NCBI GenBank assembly: GCA_012295275.1
Contig: CM022672.1
Coordinates: 26,536,001 to 26,600,000, forward strand
Direction of reading: 5' to 3'
Length of the DNA: 64,000 nt
From: Chrysomallon squamiferum
Lineage: Eukaryota; Animalia; Mollusca
The translations under genes and the position numbers were made by a program. The stretch's first letter is position 1, and each line of letters opens with the position of its first letter. The notes under the pieces were generated by a model, which saw only the letters and a program-made list of their open reading frames with translations, did not search any database and was not told the DNA's origin. Of this stretch, positions 1 through 13,423 are shown piece after piece.

Positions 1-789
1 ATTCATAGATGACGTTCATTTTGCTTTACATATATAGATCTGGTTTTGGTTTTTAAGTACACACTAGTTTCTATATGTAATATACGTTACATAATATTTT
101 TCTGCAGGGTCTGTGAGTGGGGTCCAGCGGGTTCTTTGTTCCTGAGCCCAAGAGCTAAGAAGGAGCCCACAGCAATCTTGAGAGCAATCTCAGTAGAAGC
201 ACTTTCTACTACCCTCAGCTCGACATACACTTACATTCACACACACACAAACATCACTATACTTATCACACCACTCGTACTTCTTTTTATTAGTATTTAT
301 CATTAATTACTAAGCCTAGTTTACATGCAGATTAACTGGACATGAAATCCTCTCAATTTTGAGAAAAATCTTTGCCTGCCTCGGGGCTACAAAGGGGTCT
401 TTTACCACCTTGCAAAGTTTCTCCTGGAGGTCCTGTTTTTCATATACGTAACAAACTGACAGTTTTCGTATGTCGCGTATTTAAAGATGTTCACCACCAG
501 CGCAGTCAGTATTTTTCATTTGTAACGTAAAACCTCACGTACATAGTATTTAAATCTAAGAACTATAATCTACGAACTATAAATTCAAAACGTTACATTT
601 TATTTCGCTAGTGAACCATTTCTCAAGGATCTGGCCATTAATTAGTGCCAGAAAGCTTGCTACCTACTACTTATTAATATGTGTATGTGCCTTGACCTTT
701 CAAATACGTTTTAAATCCATTATGTGAAATGAAGACATTTTGTAGAAGTTGATTGTTTACCACACTGTGTATGTACTAGAATATATCAT

Positions 790-803
790 GTTACCGTGGC
801 AAC
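790..803. promoter_or_regulatory. RFX X-box match GTTACCGTGGCAAC
   Basis: Fits the palindromic consensus GTTRCC-NN-GGYAAC; motif match only. Confidence 0.45.
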
Positions 804-1235
804 AAGTGAAATGCCACACCCAACGTTTTAAATAAAAATAAAGAAAAAGAAAATATAGAAATAATTTTAACAATGCATGAACTGCAAATATGGATGAAAA
901 ATGATAATAAGTTAATATTTAGTTATTAATGTTTCTTCTTAATTAATTAATACATCATTATCATCATCAGCATCATGATCAATATCATCATCAGCAGCAT
1001 CATGATCAATATCATCATCATCATCACCATCATTTTTATATAAATAAATTAAAATCCACGGTTTTATTTCAGTGGAAACAGTAAACTGATGTCTCATTTC
1101 TCACAGATAACTTCAAAGACTTGGGTTCGAGTCAAACGTAACGATTAAATAACTATGAAATATGACACGAGAAACGAGCCTTTGTTACTACATGCAAACT
1201 GTTACTGATTAAGAGCAACAGTAGTGTTTGTTATG

Positions 1236-1446
1236 TATCTTCAAACATAAATGAAGGTTTTTGATAATCCAATTGGAACACATACAAACACACACACACA
1301 AATACAAACAAATAAATAAAATATGTGTGTGTGTATAATATATTCACACACACACACACACATTTTTTATTTTCATTTATCGATTTTGTGTGCGTGCGTG
1401 TGTATGTGTTCCAGTTGGATTATCAGAAACCTTCATTTATGTTTGA

Positions 1447-1451
<5 letters not shown>
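1236..1451. repeat. Long imperfect inverted repeat (foldback)
   Basis: 1236-1302 TATCTTCAAACATAAATGAAGGTTTTTGATAATCCAATTGGAACACATAC... is the near-exact reverse complement of 1386-1451; the inner (TG)n and (CA)n arms also pair. Confidence 0.9.
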
Positions 1452-1480
<29 letters not shown>

Positions 1481-1980
1481 CTATATATATATGTATGTAT
1501 GTATGCTATATCTATACAGTATCTCCAATAATAAACAGATGGACATCAGCATTCATGTACTGAAAAATTCAACCAATATCAACAACATAAAAATCGTTAA
1601 AACAAAATTACTGGGTTTTTAAATATTTTTTTTTTATAGTATTGACTCTCCTTTCTTTCAATGGAATTAATTGCTGATAATTATACACTGTATTTATCAG
1701 AAAAAGTATCAAGTGTTATTGCCCTCTAATAATATGTCTGTCTTTACACAACAGTATTTAGTGTGCGTATGTTTGGGTGTGAAAACGTAGATAGTTTGTA
1801 TGTTTTAATATGATTGTTCATAATATATAACAAGATGGTCAGAATGGGCGTTGGCTGCAATTGTCTCCTTTTTTTCTGCGTCAACAACTACAATAATAAA
1901 AAAGAACAACAACAGCAACAACACCACCATCACCACCACAATTAACAACAACAACAATAGCAACAAAAAATTTAGTAGTA

Positions 1981-2013
<33 letters not shown>

Positions 2014-2504
2014 TAATAATAAAACTGATAAACATGTGTTCTCTAATTATATCTTTCTATTTTACATATCTGGAGCAAGTATTAGTTTTCATAGCGTACA
2101 CATCAGTCATCAAACATTTTGTATTATTTGCTCGAATCGCCATCAAGAAACCCCATGATCAAGAATGGCTTCATGAAAAAAGAAAAGAAAAAGTGTTTTT
2201 CCTAAAGTTATCGTTTTAAAAGAACTTGCAGTTCAGTTATTGTTAAATGTTGTTGAGGCAACTCATCTGGGAATTTCTTGTTCAGTTGATTTTGCCAAAA
2301 AGAGTGCGGCGTTTTATTGATGAGCGAAATACGTTTGTCTGAGAATAAATTTTGAAAGTGTAAATTGTCAGAAGCTGTTTGAAATTCATAATATATTTCT
2401 TTTTTCTTTTATTTTTTAAAATTTTTATCTTATTTTTTTTAGATAGATTGTGATTGATTGTTAATTCATAAATGTATTTGAAAATCAAATTATAATGAAT
2501 TCTT

Positions 2505-2660
2505 CTGCGTCTGTGGTTAGACCTCGAACCTGAACTGCCACAGCTAGCGTGATCTATCCTCCGCCGCTCGTCCATAAGGATTTCTTCCGTTCCAGCCTGT
2601 GCTGCACCGTGGTTATATCAATGGACTTGGTATGTGCTTGTCTTATAAATAACCTGTGAC
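2505..2660 (+). mobile_element. Decayed tRNA-derived SINE (mollusc-type core)
   Basis: GTGGTTAG A-box remnant, GATCTATCC B-box remnant, then CGTTCCAGCC.GTGCT..AC....GG..AT..CAA.GG...TGGTATGTGCT, resembling a remembered gastropod SINE core; boundaries approximate. Confidence 0.55.
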
Positions 2661-3071
2661 GTCATATAACTGTTAATACAGTATCGCTTCCCTTTCTTTC
2701 CTTCACAGCGTGTCGTTATGACGACTGCAGACTGTTCACAACTCGGGTGAATTGTAGGCTGATCTCGCCTGTTATCACAAACAATTCTTTCATGAGACCT
2801 GGGTTTTGGGTTTTTTTGGGGGGGTTTCTCTGGGTTTTTTTTTTTTGGTTTTTTGGTGCGGGGTGAAGTGGGGGTGAGTTTAGAAAAATACACAGCTCGG
2901 TATTTGAAGTAGCAGTTATGGTAAACTAGATGAAACGGGAAGTCACCTCAGGGAATTTTCATCGTGTGAACCATCGGACCTCAGATTAATGGTCTGTTAG
3001 TGAACTGAATTTCCTTTTAAATTATTTTACAAAAGGTGATGTCATTCTGAACGTATTCGGGTATGAAACAG

Positions 3072-3115
<44 letters not shown>

Positions 3116-3280
3116 AAAAAGAAAAAGAAAAGAAGAGAAGAAATTAAAAAATAAAACAGGAAAAAGGGAAATAATTTTCTGAGGTGTTGAATTAATAAAC
3201 CACTAGAGAGTTCTGTTTGTCAGTTAATTTAGATGTTTTCACTCTTGATTCCAGTTTGACACTCCGGAGCAAATAACTCG

Positions 3281-3317
<37 letters not shown>

Positions 3318-6286
3318 TGTAATGTAATAATGGATATGAACAAACAGATATGATGCAATAGGCCGGATGGCTAGAAAGAAAGAAAAACCCACAAAGGACA
3401 TCAAAAATAAAATGTATACTGCTAAATGAAAATATGAATGGTTATGATGACGATGACAATGATATTCACAGAGATGATTGTGATGACGTCACTGATGATA
3501 ATAATAATCATGATGACGATGACAGTCATGGTAAACAAAGGAACGAAACATATAAAGGATAAAAAAATAATGTATGGATTATATAATCACCCAAATTATT
3601 TATTTATTCTTATTTTTAAGTACATACATGGTGTCAACAGAAAACGTCTATTTACTGAAAAAAGTATAGTAATTCACTGTAATATATCTGTTTTCTTTTT
3701 GATACCGCTTTGAGCTCGTCTTTTCCTTTCAAATCATGCTCAAACAAGCACGATCTTACGCACCAACCTGCCACTCCAAGGACGTGCAACAGCAAAGAAA
3801 CTGTGAAGAACATAAAAGAGATCTTCACATGCTTTTAACGAGAGCGATCAGCAGAAATAAAACCGAGCTGACGCTGCTGTTAGAATTCAGTGCATTTAGT
3901 CCACGCATTTAACAAACAAATGATAAAGAGACGTCTTTCATTAGGAATCATGCCAGCCGATAAAAAGTTTGCCGGCTAAGCCCCTTTAATGACACAGATG
4001 CGATGGTTTAATGTCCGTGCATGACGTTTGAGTGATAATAATACAGTGGTGCGTTGGAATGTTTGAAACAACCAGCGAGGCGTGCACCTCGCGTGAACAT
4101 TTCATTGTCTCGCATTAGCAGAAGGCGGTGGATGTCCTCCGTTAAAATACACCGCAATTCCCAGGGGTGTTTTGCCAAATAATCTCTTTCTGCGGTTCTC
4201 GATGTTTGAGAGAAAAATCAAAGAAAAAGAAGGTTTAGGAGAATACGAAACGCCACGCGTAGTACTAGAGGTGTGAAAGGAGGTGATGCAGGAGAATAGG
4301 CAGAACAAGACTCGAGGGTGGAGAAGAGCTAACAAAAGGAGAAGTAGGAAAAGAAAAACGAAAATAACAGTCAATGAGGAGGAGCGTAAGCTTTCGTGGA
4401 AGGGTAGTACGGAAGAGAATAAAGAAATGGAAAAATAGAAGAAGAAAAAGTAGATCAAGAAAAGCAGTTCAAAGCTCAAAAGAAAAGGAAAAGTTGGAAT
4501 AGAAAGAAGATGAATGTTAAGAACGGAGGAGAGAAAGAGGACGAGAAAGAAGAATAACCAGAATTAAAAAGAATCCGATGAAGGAGAAGTAGAAGTTAAA
4601 GAAACATATAAATATAATTAAAAACAAAAATAGAAAAAAGAAAAAAAAATCAATTTTTTGTTTCGATAGCTATACATCAAGTAAACCCATAATAAGTCCA
4701 GTTTTACACTAACAGCTCTGAACAAATTTTCATCGAGGCACTAATCTATAAAAAATACGTCATCCGCCTCTTCAGAGTCAATCACGATTTGAACGGATTA
4801 GTTTTAACATAAAAAAGGAAAACAATAACAGAGAAAAAAAAAACACAAAAAAAACCTCACGTTTCTTTGAAGTTTTTGAAGTTTTTATATGGAAAAGTTG
4901 GAAAAGGGCATGGTTGAGACTATTAATGTTCGTATCATTTTATTTTTAAACTGATTTAAATCACTGAGTGACTTACACAAACGCAGCGTCCATATTAATA
5001 CAATCCTTCTTCTTCTTCTTCCTATTATTATTATTATTACTGTTTGTTTGTTTTTATGTTTTACCTTATAGCATAGGCTACATCAACTTAAGAAAAAATA
5101 AAAAACAGTCAAAAAAACAAAACAAATACTACAGCAGCACCAGCACCACAAAACAAATACCCATAACATTGCAACTACACCAACTACTCAGTTCCCTTTC
5201 TCCAAATCTCCCAACAGCATCAGCAAAACGAGAACGTAGTCATTTTGTGACCATCGTTATCGTCACCGCAGCAGTTTGACCATGCTGCTTGAAGATTCGT
5301 TTCTTTTTCTTTTGAATATGTTTCTGCTTATGTCCATGACAGATGTACTTGAATAGCCTTCAGATTTAATAATAACAAAAATTACCCACATCCGCCACAT
5401 AACACAAATCTGTGAACTGTACACACCGCACCTACGACATGACGTCAAGAGTAGAAAAACAGAAGTCTGTGAAAGAAGAAAAATGGTTGAATTAGGCTGT
5501 TTCTGTTAGATTCTATTTTTTTCTTCTTTTTATTTTTCGGTCCAGCTTTATGCTGCTCTCACTACAAGGAGACAGAAGAGTCATTTTCAGATATACTAAA
5601 TCAGTTTAGGCTATTTTATTCTATAATGAAAAGCCCACTTTAAATCGAGACGTTATTGTGATAATACACCATGACATTTAAAAAGAAATAATTATCTTTT
5701 TTATATTTCTTTGACATATTTGCTGTAATTCTTTATTAATTAACAAAGGTTGACCACACACAAACGAACGCAGCCTCTTCAAAGTAAACGAAATGTGTTT
5801 AGGCTTTTGGCATCTGAAACGAAAAGTTCACCGTAAACCAAGAAGCCATTGTTAACAGTCACCGCGTCATTTTGAATGGGGCGTTTTAAATAAAGCAGTA
5901 CGTAGGTCTTCGTAATTTTGTTCGCTGTTTGAAAAGAAGCACATGTATCATTTAGTTAAAACGAAGTAAACAGGGGGAATCGATACCACGCTCCTTGAGC
6001 TGTGGCGGAACGAATTAAAGAAAATTGCCGAATACGAGCACAGTTATATACAGTTTTCATTGTGCTAACAGGCTTCACACATCATTTACATTAATTGTTT
6101 GGTAAACATGTGAAATCAATTTGCAGATGCTTATCAGACAGAGCTTTACAGTACGGATCCGTCCTTCATAATTAACACACAATTTGATAAAATAAATAAA
6201 ATTTAAAAAAAAGAAGAGAAAAAAGACAATAACAAGATAAGGATGAAAGAAAGAATAAGCTGACACACACACATACACACACACAC

Positions 6287-6391
<105 letters not shown>

Positions 6392-6426
6392 ATAACGAAT
6401 TAAATATTAAATAGACGTTCTTACAG

Positions 6427-6454
6427 GTTATCGTAACCATGGTTTTTGGTTGGA
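6427..6454 (+). CDS. Candidate upstream micro-exon of the prominin-like gene (VIVTMVFGW; phase 0 to 1)
   Basis: ttcttacag|GTTATC...TGGA|gtaagt; hydrophobic peptide; contains accATGg at 6439; phase compatible with downstream exons. Confidence 0.4.
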
Positions 6455-7498
6455 GTAAGTTAAAATTCACTAGTCCAGGTTTTACAAAACCGTGGAGGAT
6501 AATTTCAGCATGAGCTCTAGCGATGATAATCACGAGATAGAGTTGTCTCGCCCCCCCACCTCGCTCCCCCCGAGGATGTGCATCATTAATAGAAAAATGC
6601 TTGCGGCAATCGAGATCACATTGACAATATTGGGCACGAAGGCTGTCAGTCTGTATTACCTTCAATTTGAGACAGCGCAGTATTCCGCGGTCACGAGAAA
6701 CCGAGCTGATTACCGCAAAGTTGTTTTTCACGTACAGCATGTTAGTTTTAATTTTGGTCGTATACAAGTCAATTTTATTTATTACTATTTTATTTTTTTA
6801 ATTTTTTTAAAAATAAGAAAATTACCGAGGAGGAACAGTTTTAAAGGCTAAATGTGTTTTCCATTTCACAATGATGAATAAAAATAAAACACTTTGCTTA
6901 AAAAAAGAAAAAAATATAAAAAATATAAAAAAGAAAAAAAAGGAAAAAAAGAAAAGAGAAGGATCAGTGATCCAGGGATTAGGAATCGATCTTGAGACAT
7001 CGCGCTTTTTAAGCAGAGCGATCTGAATCTGAACTAAGAATGTACAGTTCGCTGTATTTTTTACTGAATACGCATCTCATTGATGTTATTATAACCGAAT
7101 GGCAGCATTTTCTTATGCACAAAAGATCACATATCGTGTATGTTGGTAATTAACTGTGGCATCTCTGACAGAAACATGAAGTACCTCAGTGGTCGACAAG
7201 AAATCATCCTGTAGTCCACAGCTTCTCATCTCAATGTTTTTTTCTTTGTTTTTTAGATGAAGTCGTCCTCGACTTTAACTAATTTTATCAAAATAAATAA
7301 GCTGATTTGAAACTTATTGTGATCTGTTTTTGCTTTAAAAAAATTACTTTCTGTTTATGTTCAAATTTAGCAGCAGCTTACTGCAAGCTGCTTACTTGTT
7401 TACAGTTGATTGCGTCTTTAAATTGTCTTTTGTAGTTGGTTTGTAAATAGCACAAAGAGAAGTGATGGATATTTATTATTTGCACATTTTGTATAAGT

Positions 7499-7741
7499 CA
7501 GTGTTTCTCAACCTTTTTTTTAGTCCCACGAGTTACTTCGATTTAGAAAACATCGAACGCGGTTGGCGACATCACAGTATTCAACACGCTTTATTAAACG
7601 CGCTGAAGCCGGTTTTTGCTATGACGTTGTGAGTGTGATGAATCAGTTGCAGATTGAATGTTCTGGAAATCTGAAAGAGCAAAGCGATCATACATTGTTT
7701 CGTTAATTCTGAATCCTCATGTCATATGTCGAGAAACACTG
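7499..7741. mobile_element. hAT/Charlie-like MITE relic
   Basis: Termini CAGTGTTTCTCAAC ... GTCGAGAAACACTG (13/14 inverted match); 243 bp; no intact 8-bp TSD. Confidence 0.6.
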
Positions 7742-7777
7742 TCTAACGAATAACACCAAAACAGCAGCGGTGACAAC

Positions 7778-7780
<3 letters not shown>

Positions 7781-7866
<86 letters not shown>
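7781..7866. repeat. (CT)n microsatellite
   Basis: Perfect dinucleotide run. Confidence 0.98.
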
Positions 7867-7870
<4 letters not shown>

Positions 7871-8469
7871 GTCTGTGTTGTGCATGTACGTGTATATGTG
7901 AGGTTGTGATTCTATGTGTCTTGTGTTTGTGTATATGTGTGTGTGAGCTGTGTTGTGTTTGTATGCGAACGTAAGTGTATATGTGTGTGTGTATGTGTGT
8001 GTGTGTGTGTGTGTGTTTTGTTCTATGCAAAGTCAGTTTCAAACTGTAACCAAACACACTAACAACTATATCGTCATCGACAACATGTATAGAATAAAAC
8101 GAAAAATGAGACATATGAACAATTTATACTTCCATAATTCACAAAAAACAACTTCTGAACATAATTTATTTATTTTCACGCCACATAAAAGAACATCACT
8201 GTGGAGGTTTATTTCAACGATTACATATAAATAAATAAAGGATTTTCAACAGTTGATTATTATAATTAAGTCTAGAAGTCATTTTGCCAAGGCAACACAA
8301 AGCAACCTTATCCAAGCTTCATTAAATCTGAAATAAAAGGAAAACAACATTTAATAAAAACATCATCACGTGTGTTAACTGTTACCAAGAATAAATGAAT
8401 AATGACTTGCTATTGAAATGGTCCTACACGAATACATGTATGTTTGTGTGTGTCTGTGGTGTGTGTGGC

Positions 8470-8635
8470 GTAATAATAATAAAAGTGTCAAGACTTAACA
8501 TTTAGTAATAATAAAATGTGAGAGAGGAAATCAACCAACGTCATTGCAAGAGCTTCTGTTATCGATTGCGATCAAGGAACCTTTAATATGCACCTTTCCA
8601 TAGAGAGAAGCGCTTAATATATCGCGACCGGAGAG
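8470..8635 (-). mobile_element. Decayed SINE 3' part (same family as 31795-31985)
   Basis: AATATGCACCTTTCCA is close to the reverse complement of TGGGAAGGTGCATATA at ~31946; GAGAGGAAA and (TAA)n tail; boundaries approximate. Confidence 0.55.
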
Positions 8636-10176
8636 TGACACTCAAACTGCAGATAATGTAATGAAATAGCTGCGTGTGACGTTGTGTATCAGTACGTATT
8701 TTACACAGGACATAACAAATATGACGTTATTAATCATTTTGCTCTTTTGCTAGCAAGATTCTGGTAATTTCTTTGTTCTGTAATTAGATGAAATAGTTGT
8801 GGAAAAGTTTGTTTTGATTGTCAGTATTACTACGGACTGGTCGTTTACATCAGACATGGAAACAGGATGACATTTGTTATTACGTAATTTGATCTTCTGA
8901 CGCCGAAAATTGCGACAATTTCATTTTTTTTTTTTTTTTTTTTTTAAAATACATTGCACTGGAGATTACAGGGAAGCATAACGAATAAAAGATGTTGGTA
9001 GTAACAAACATCTTCTTATCTACGCTAATAGTCATCACTGTCATATTTTAGTTTTATAATTCTTGTCATTTGACGTAGCCGTTTGTTTTTTCGTCTACTA
9101 TTACGTTATCGTCGTCATCATCATCATCATCGTCATGGAATACTTCTTTACATTTTCTTTACATTTTCTTTACGTTGTCTTTTAGATATTTTTTTTCCCT
9201 TTCATATCTCTTCTGCTTAATTCTTTTTCTTCTTTATATGTGGATTGTTGTTGTTGTTTTTTCTCTCCAACGTGTTTTCTTTCGTTCTTCCTTACCTATA
9301 CATCTTTTCGCTTTAAGTTTCTTATTTTCACGTCATTTACGTTTGTTCCTTTTCTTTATATATACGTATCTTAATTCCTCACTCACTCACTCACTCATAT
9401 ACTCACTCATATACTCATATACTCACTCATATACTCACTCACTCACCTCTTTCATCCTATGACTCTTCATCACAGCCTGGCCTCTCTCTGGACTCAACTT
9501 TTACAAAAACAAAAACGACAACTTGACTGACGTCTTGATCAATACGTCGACATAACCCCCGTGTCCCTCCGCAGCATGAATGAAAACGCCGCGCCTCTCG
9601 ACAACTAGCAAAATGTGATTCCTACAACAGGCTTATCTCGGCTGGTTATAAATCTATTGTTCTCGAGCCGAGCTACTGAAGAAAAGACTGCTTAAACTTG
9701 TCACAATTATACCATCAGGTCAGTGTATCAATAGAGGATAATGGAAAATTGATTTCTCCCATCGGCTTCAGATAGCATTAACTTCTTTTGCAGATGACAT
9801 GGCCAGTGTTGTTTCGTAACGGGCCTCCAGCTTAAAGAGCGTTTGTGGAGATCGTTATAGCATTTCGATGAAGATCGCGATCATCAATTACTGATCCCTT
9901 CAAATGAGAAAAAAAAAAAAATAATAAAAAAAATAACATCCATAAAAGCAAAAATATTATGCGATGTAATGGGCAAGATAATAATTCCAATGATCGAGGA
10001 AATAAGTATTATTATACGAAAGTGAGTATGTGTGCGTCGGTTGGGTGTCTGTATCTATGTATGCGTGAATATATGTTTATAATATGTATTTTATATGTGT
10101 GTGCGTTTGCGTACGTGTGTGACAGATCGAAAAGATACCACAGCATAGATTTTCAGCTCTTATTTTTCCCATTCAG

Positions 10177-10218
10177 CCTCTTCAGCTTCTGCCGAAATGT
10201 CATCAAAACTGAACAGTG
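10177..10218 (+). CDS. Candidate upstream exon of the prominin-like gene ((T)SSASAEMSSKLNS; phase 1 to 1)
   Basis: tttttcccattcag|CCTCT...AGTG|gtaaaa; 42 nt; joined to 6427-6454 it gives VIVTMVFGWTSSASA-EMSS, a signal-peptide-like A-x-A cleavage site; the donor is weak. Confidence 0.35.
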
Positions 10219-10812
10219 GTAAAAGGAAATTAAGGTCTTTCCACACATTCCGAAACGTAAGCCCACTTTACACACGATCGTAGAAGAAACATGAAAACAC
10301 TGACACAAATAAATATTACCAAAGTAAATAAATAATGTCCATGTTAGCCGAGTGCTTGCAGATAACCCACACGTAGCTGATCTTCATTGATTTTGTCAGA
10401 TGTGTTTTGACTTGATCGACTTCTGCAGAAATGATTGCACTATTTATACTTGACCATCGAAAACTGATTGGCACAGTTATTCCTGTTATCTAAATACTGT
10501 AATGGCATTAGCGACTGGCAACGTTTTTACCTAATGTATTTGTTTCTCAGGGGAAATTACTCTAATTGTCGGCAAACAATGAATAAAGGGTCACTGGACG
10601 AAAACAACACGTTTTCTGTGTTCTTCTATTTTTTTTCTTTCAGAAATGGCAGAAAAACAAATGATTTCTTTTTCTATGGATTCTTCCAGGCATGTTTCAT
10701 TTGTGTCCGTAACCATTTAATAGTCATTATTACTCTTTTGTACGGTTTCCATTACATGCATGTGACATTTTACTTGACACCAGTCTCCTCTCTGTCTGTG
10801 TGTGCATGTGTG

Positions 10813-10851
<39 letters not shown>

Positions 10852-12552
10852 TGCTAAAAGTGATAACAATTTGATACGTCTGTGACTTCGTGTTTTGACA
10901 TACTGTCTGAATTCATTAGTTTTGAATATCCACATAAGCCTTTAAACGACTCCTATTGCTTATTGGTAAACTAAAAACTAATAATGTTTTGTACAATTCT
11001 GACTCAGTATATTGGAGAACTGCGTGAATGTATTAGTTTTTTTAACGGTTTTATTAGACGTGTAAATGACTGTGACATCCTGAATGTGTCTCTACAGCTT
11101 ATTGGTTCGCTAAAACGTAATGATGTTTTGTACAACTGTCAGTTGGTAAACTCGTGAACTAGTAGATCTTTCTGTTTGTATTTAATTTATTTATATAATC
11201 ATTCACGAAGTATTGTTTATAATTATTATTTTTATTTTTATGTGTGTATGTTACGTGTGCGTGTGGGTGTGTGCAAGTGTGTGTGGTATTTGTTGTTGTT
11301 CTTGTGTGTGTGTCTCTGTGTGTGTTTATTTGTTTGTGAGTCTGTGTCTACATTTAGTACTTAATATTGTTCGTACTATTATTATATATAAAATTATTTA
11401 TACATTATAACCTTTTTATGTGTGTTTCTTTGCCTGTAAGCATGTAGTATGTGAGTTAAGTGTTTTGTCGCATCTGCCAAATACAAACCGGTTGACTGTT
11501 TCATGAGAAATTCGACGTGTGATCGAATCGTCTGTCGATCATGACAAAGCAATAGATTGCTTTGTTATTTAATGAATAACAAGATATTCTATTTTTTTTA
11601 TTATTTTTTTTATTAAAATATACTAATGATGTGTTCGAGTTATCTTATACAAAAATAAAAAAAATAAAAAAATCTTTCCGCTTCAGAAGGCAGCTGAAGA
11701 ACTAGCAGACGTTATCACATTTACGTGATAAGCTGAGTCGATTATCAGACTTTGTCTTGATGAACTAATGAGCACAGTGCTTACTCAAGTTAATAAAACA
11801 TTAAAAAATATATAATAATACATGATGTGATTATGAATTAGCGTAGTGGTAAACTGTATAATCTGTGTACATCTTTCGTTAACCATACTGTACAGATTCA
11901 AAACAAACAGACTACAATGGGGGTTGCACTTTTCAACGTTCAGAGATATCTGTTATCGAAGGATCTTTCAGAAACGTTCCATCATATAAACCTTCCATCT
12001 CCATAGCGCTTTATTTATTGTAACGTTTTGAAAACCAGACAAAAAAAAAAAAACTTGCAGCGGGGAAACACAGCAGCATCTTTGCGGACAGCCGCCTTCA
12101 ATCACTGAATCTCACTTCATCACCTGCACGTGTGACCGCGGCGTCACTTCATCACCTCCCTCTGACGTCAGAGCCGGCACCGCCATCTTAATTTAGTGGC
12201 AATTAAAGCGCCCGGGCGTCCCGCGAGAGTGATCGGTTGTGTTCGATTCTTGATACGTTGCACATTTCCAGACACTGCTTAGATCGGCGTATAAGCGCCG
12301 GGCAGAACACATTCCTCGGGGAATCTCAGATGGCCCCATCTGCCGTGCGCTGGACTTTCAAATCTACTTACAAGTAATGGGTTTTCGCTACTTACAGATA
12401 AACCGAGGCGAGGCCCCGCTGCCGAGGATCTACACTGCCAGGCTATCACTCACTGTTACCCGTCACCAGGGAACAGTCATTTTATTAAAAACAACTTTCT
12501 GTGTACGTGTGTATGTACGTATGTTGTGAGTGTGTGTGTATGTATACTTTAT

Positions 12553-12730
12553 TTGTATGCGTGTATGTATAATTTATATGTATGTGTTTATGTATAATTT
12601 ATATGTATGCGTGTATGTATAATTTATATGTATGCGTGTATGTATAATTTATATGTATGCGTGTATGTATAATTTATATGTATGCGTGTATGTATAATTT
12701 ATATGTATGTGTGTATGTATAATTTAGATG
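12553..12730. repeat. 25-bp minisatellite (TGTATGCGTGTATGTATAATTTATA)n grading into a (TATG)n/(TG)n tract to ~13030
   Basis: Visible period of 25, about 7 copies. Confidence 0.85.
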
Positions 12731-13380
12731 TATGTGTGTATGTATATGTATGTATGTGCATGTATGTATGTATATATGTATGTGTGTATTCATGTATAAT
12801 TTATATATATATGTGTGTGTGTATGTGTGTGTATGTATTCATGTATGTATGTATGTATGTATGTGTGTATATTTTGTGTACGTGTGTTTGCATCTGTATG
12901 TGTTTATCTATGTCTACATATATGTATGTGCGTACGTACATATATGTATATATATATGTGAATCTATGTATGTTTATATATGTGTGTGAGTTTGTGTATG
13001 GTCTTCGTACAAGCTCCTATGTGTGTGTATTCATACTGTTTGAAAATCGTGTATTTCTGAGTCATTCGAAGATGGTTACCAGCTCTCTGGTCATCAAACC
13101 TTTAGTATTATTCCTAACGTTTAACACAGCGAGCGTGTTTCAGTCAACTCGTGGGTGTCAGCTACTGTGGGGATTCAGTTAACATTAACCAAATTATAAA
13201 CTTCCCAGCAAACCACAGTTTAGCAACCAACAAATGACATTAGTAACAGAAAAAAAAACATTTTTTTTTTTTTTTTTTAGATTTTTAACGATGTTTTACT
13301 GGGTTTATTACCATTTTACTCTCTTCATTTTTTTTTCTTTTCCGTCTTTATTTTTTATTATTATTCATTATTTCTAAAAA

Positions 13381-13423
<43 letters not shown>

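Noticed and set aside
4102-4650. Hydrophobic 125-aa minus-strand ORF as a membrane protein
   Set aside because: It derives from a purine-rich low-complexity tract whose complement encodes F/L/S by composition alone.
12272-12373. AG/GT-bounded open segment (TLLRSAYKRRAEHIPRG...) as a prominin exon
   Set aside because: Open only as phase 0-0, whereas this intron needs phase 1; the phase-1 reading hits TAG at once.
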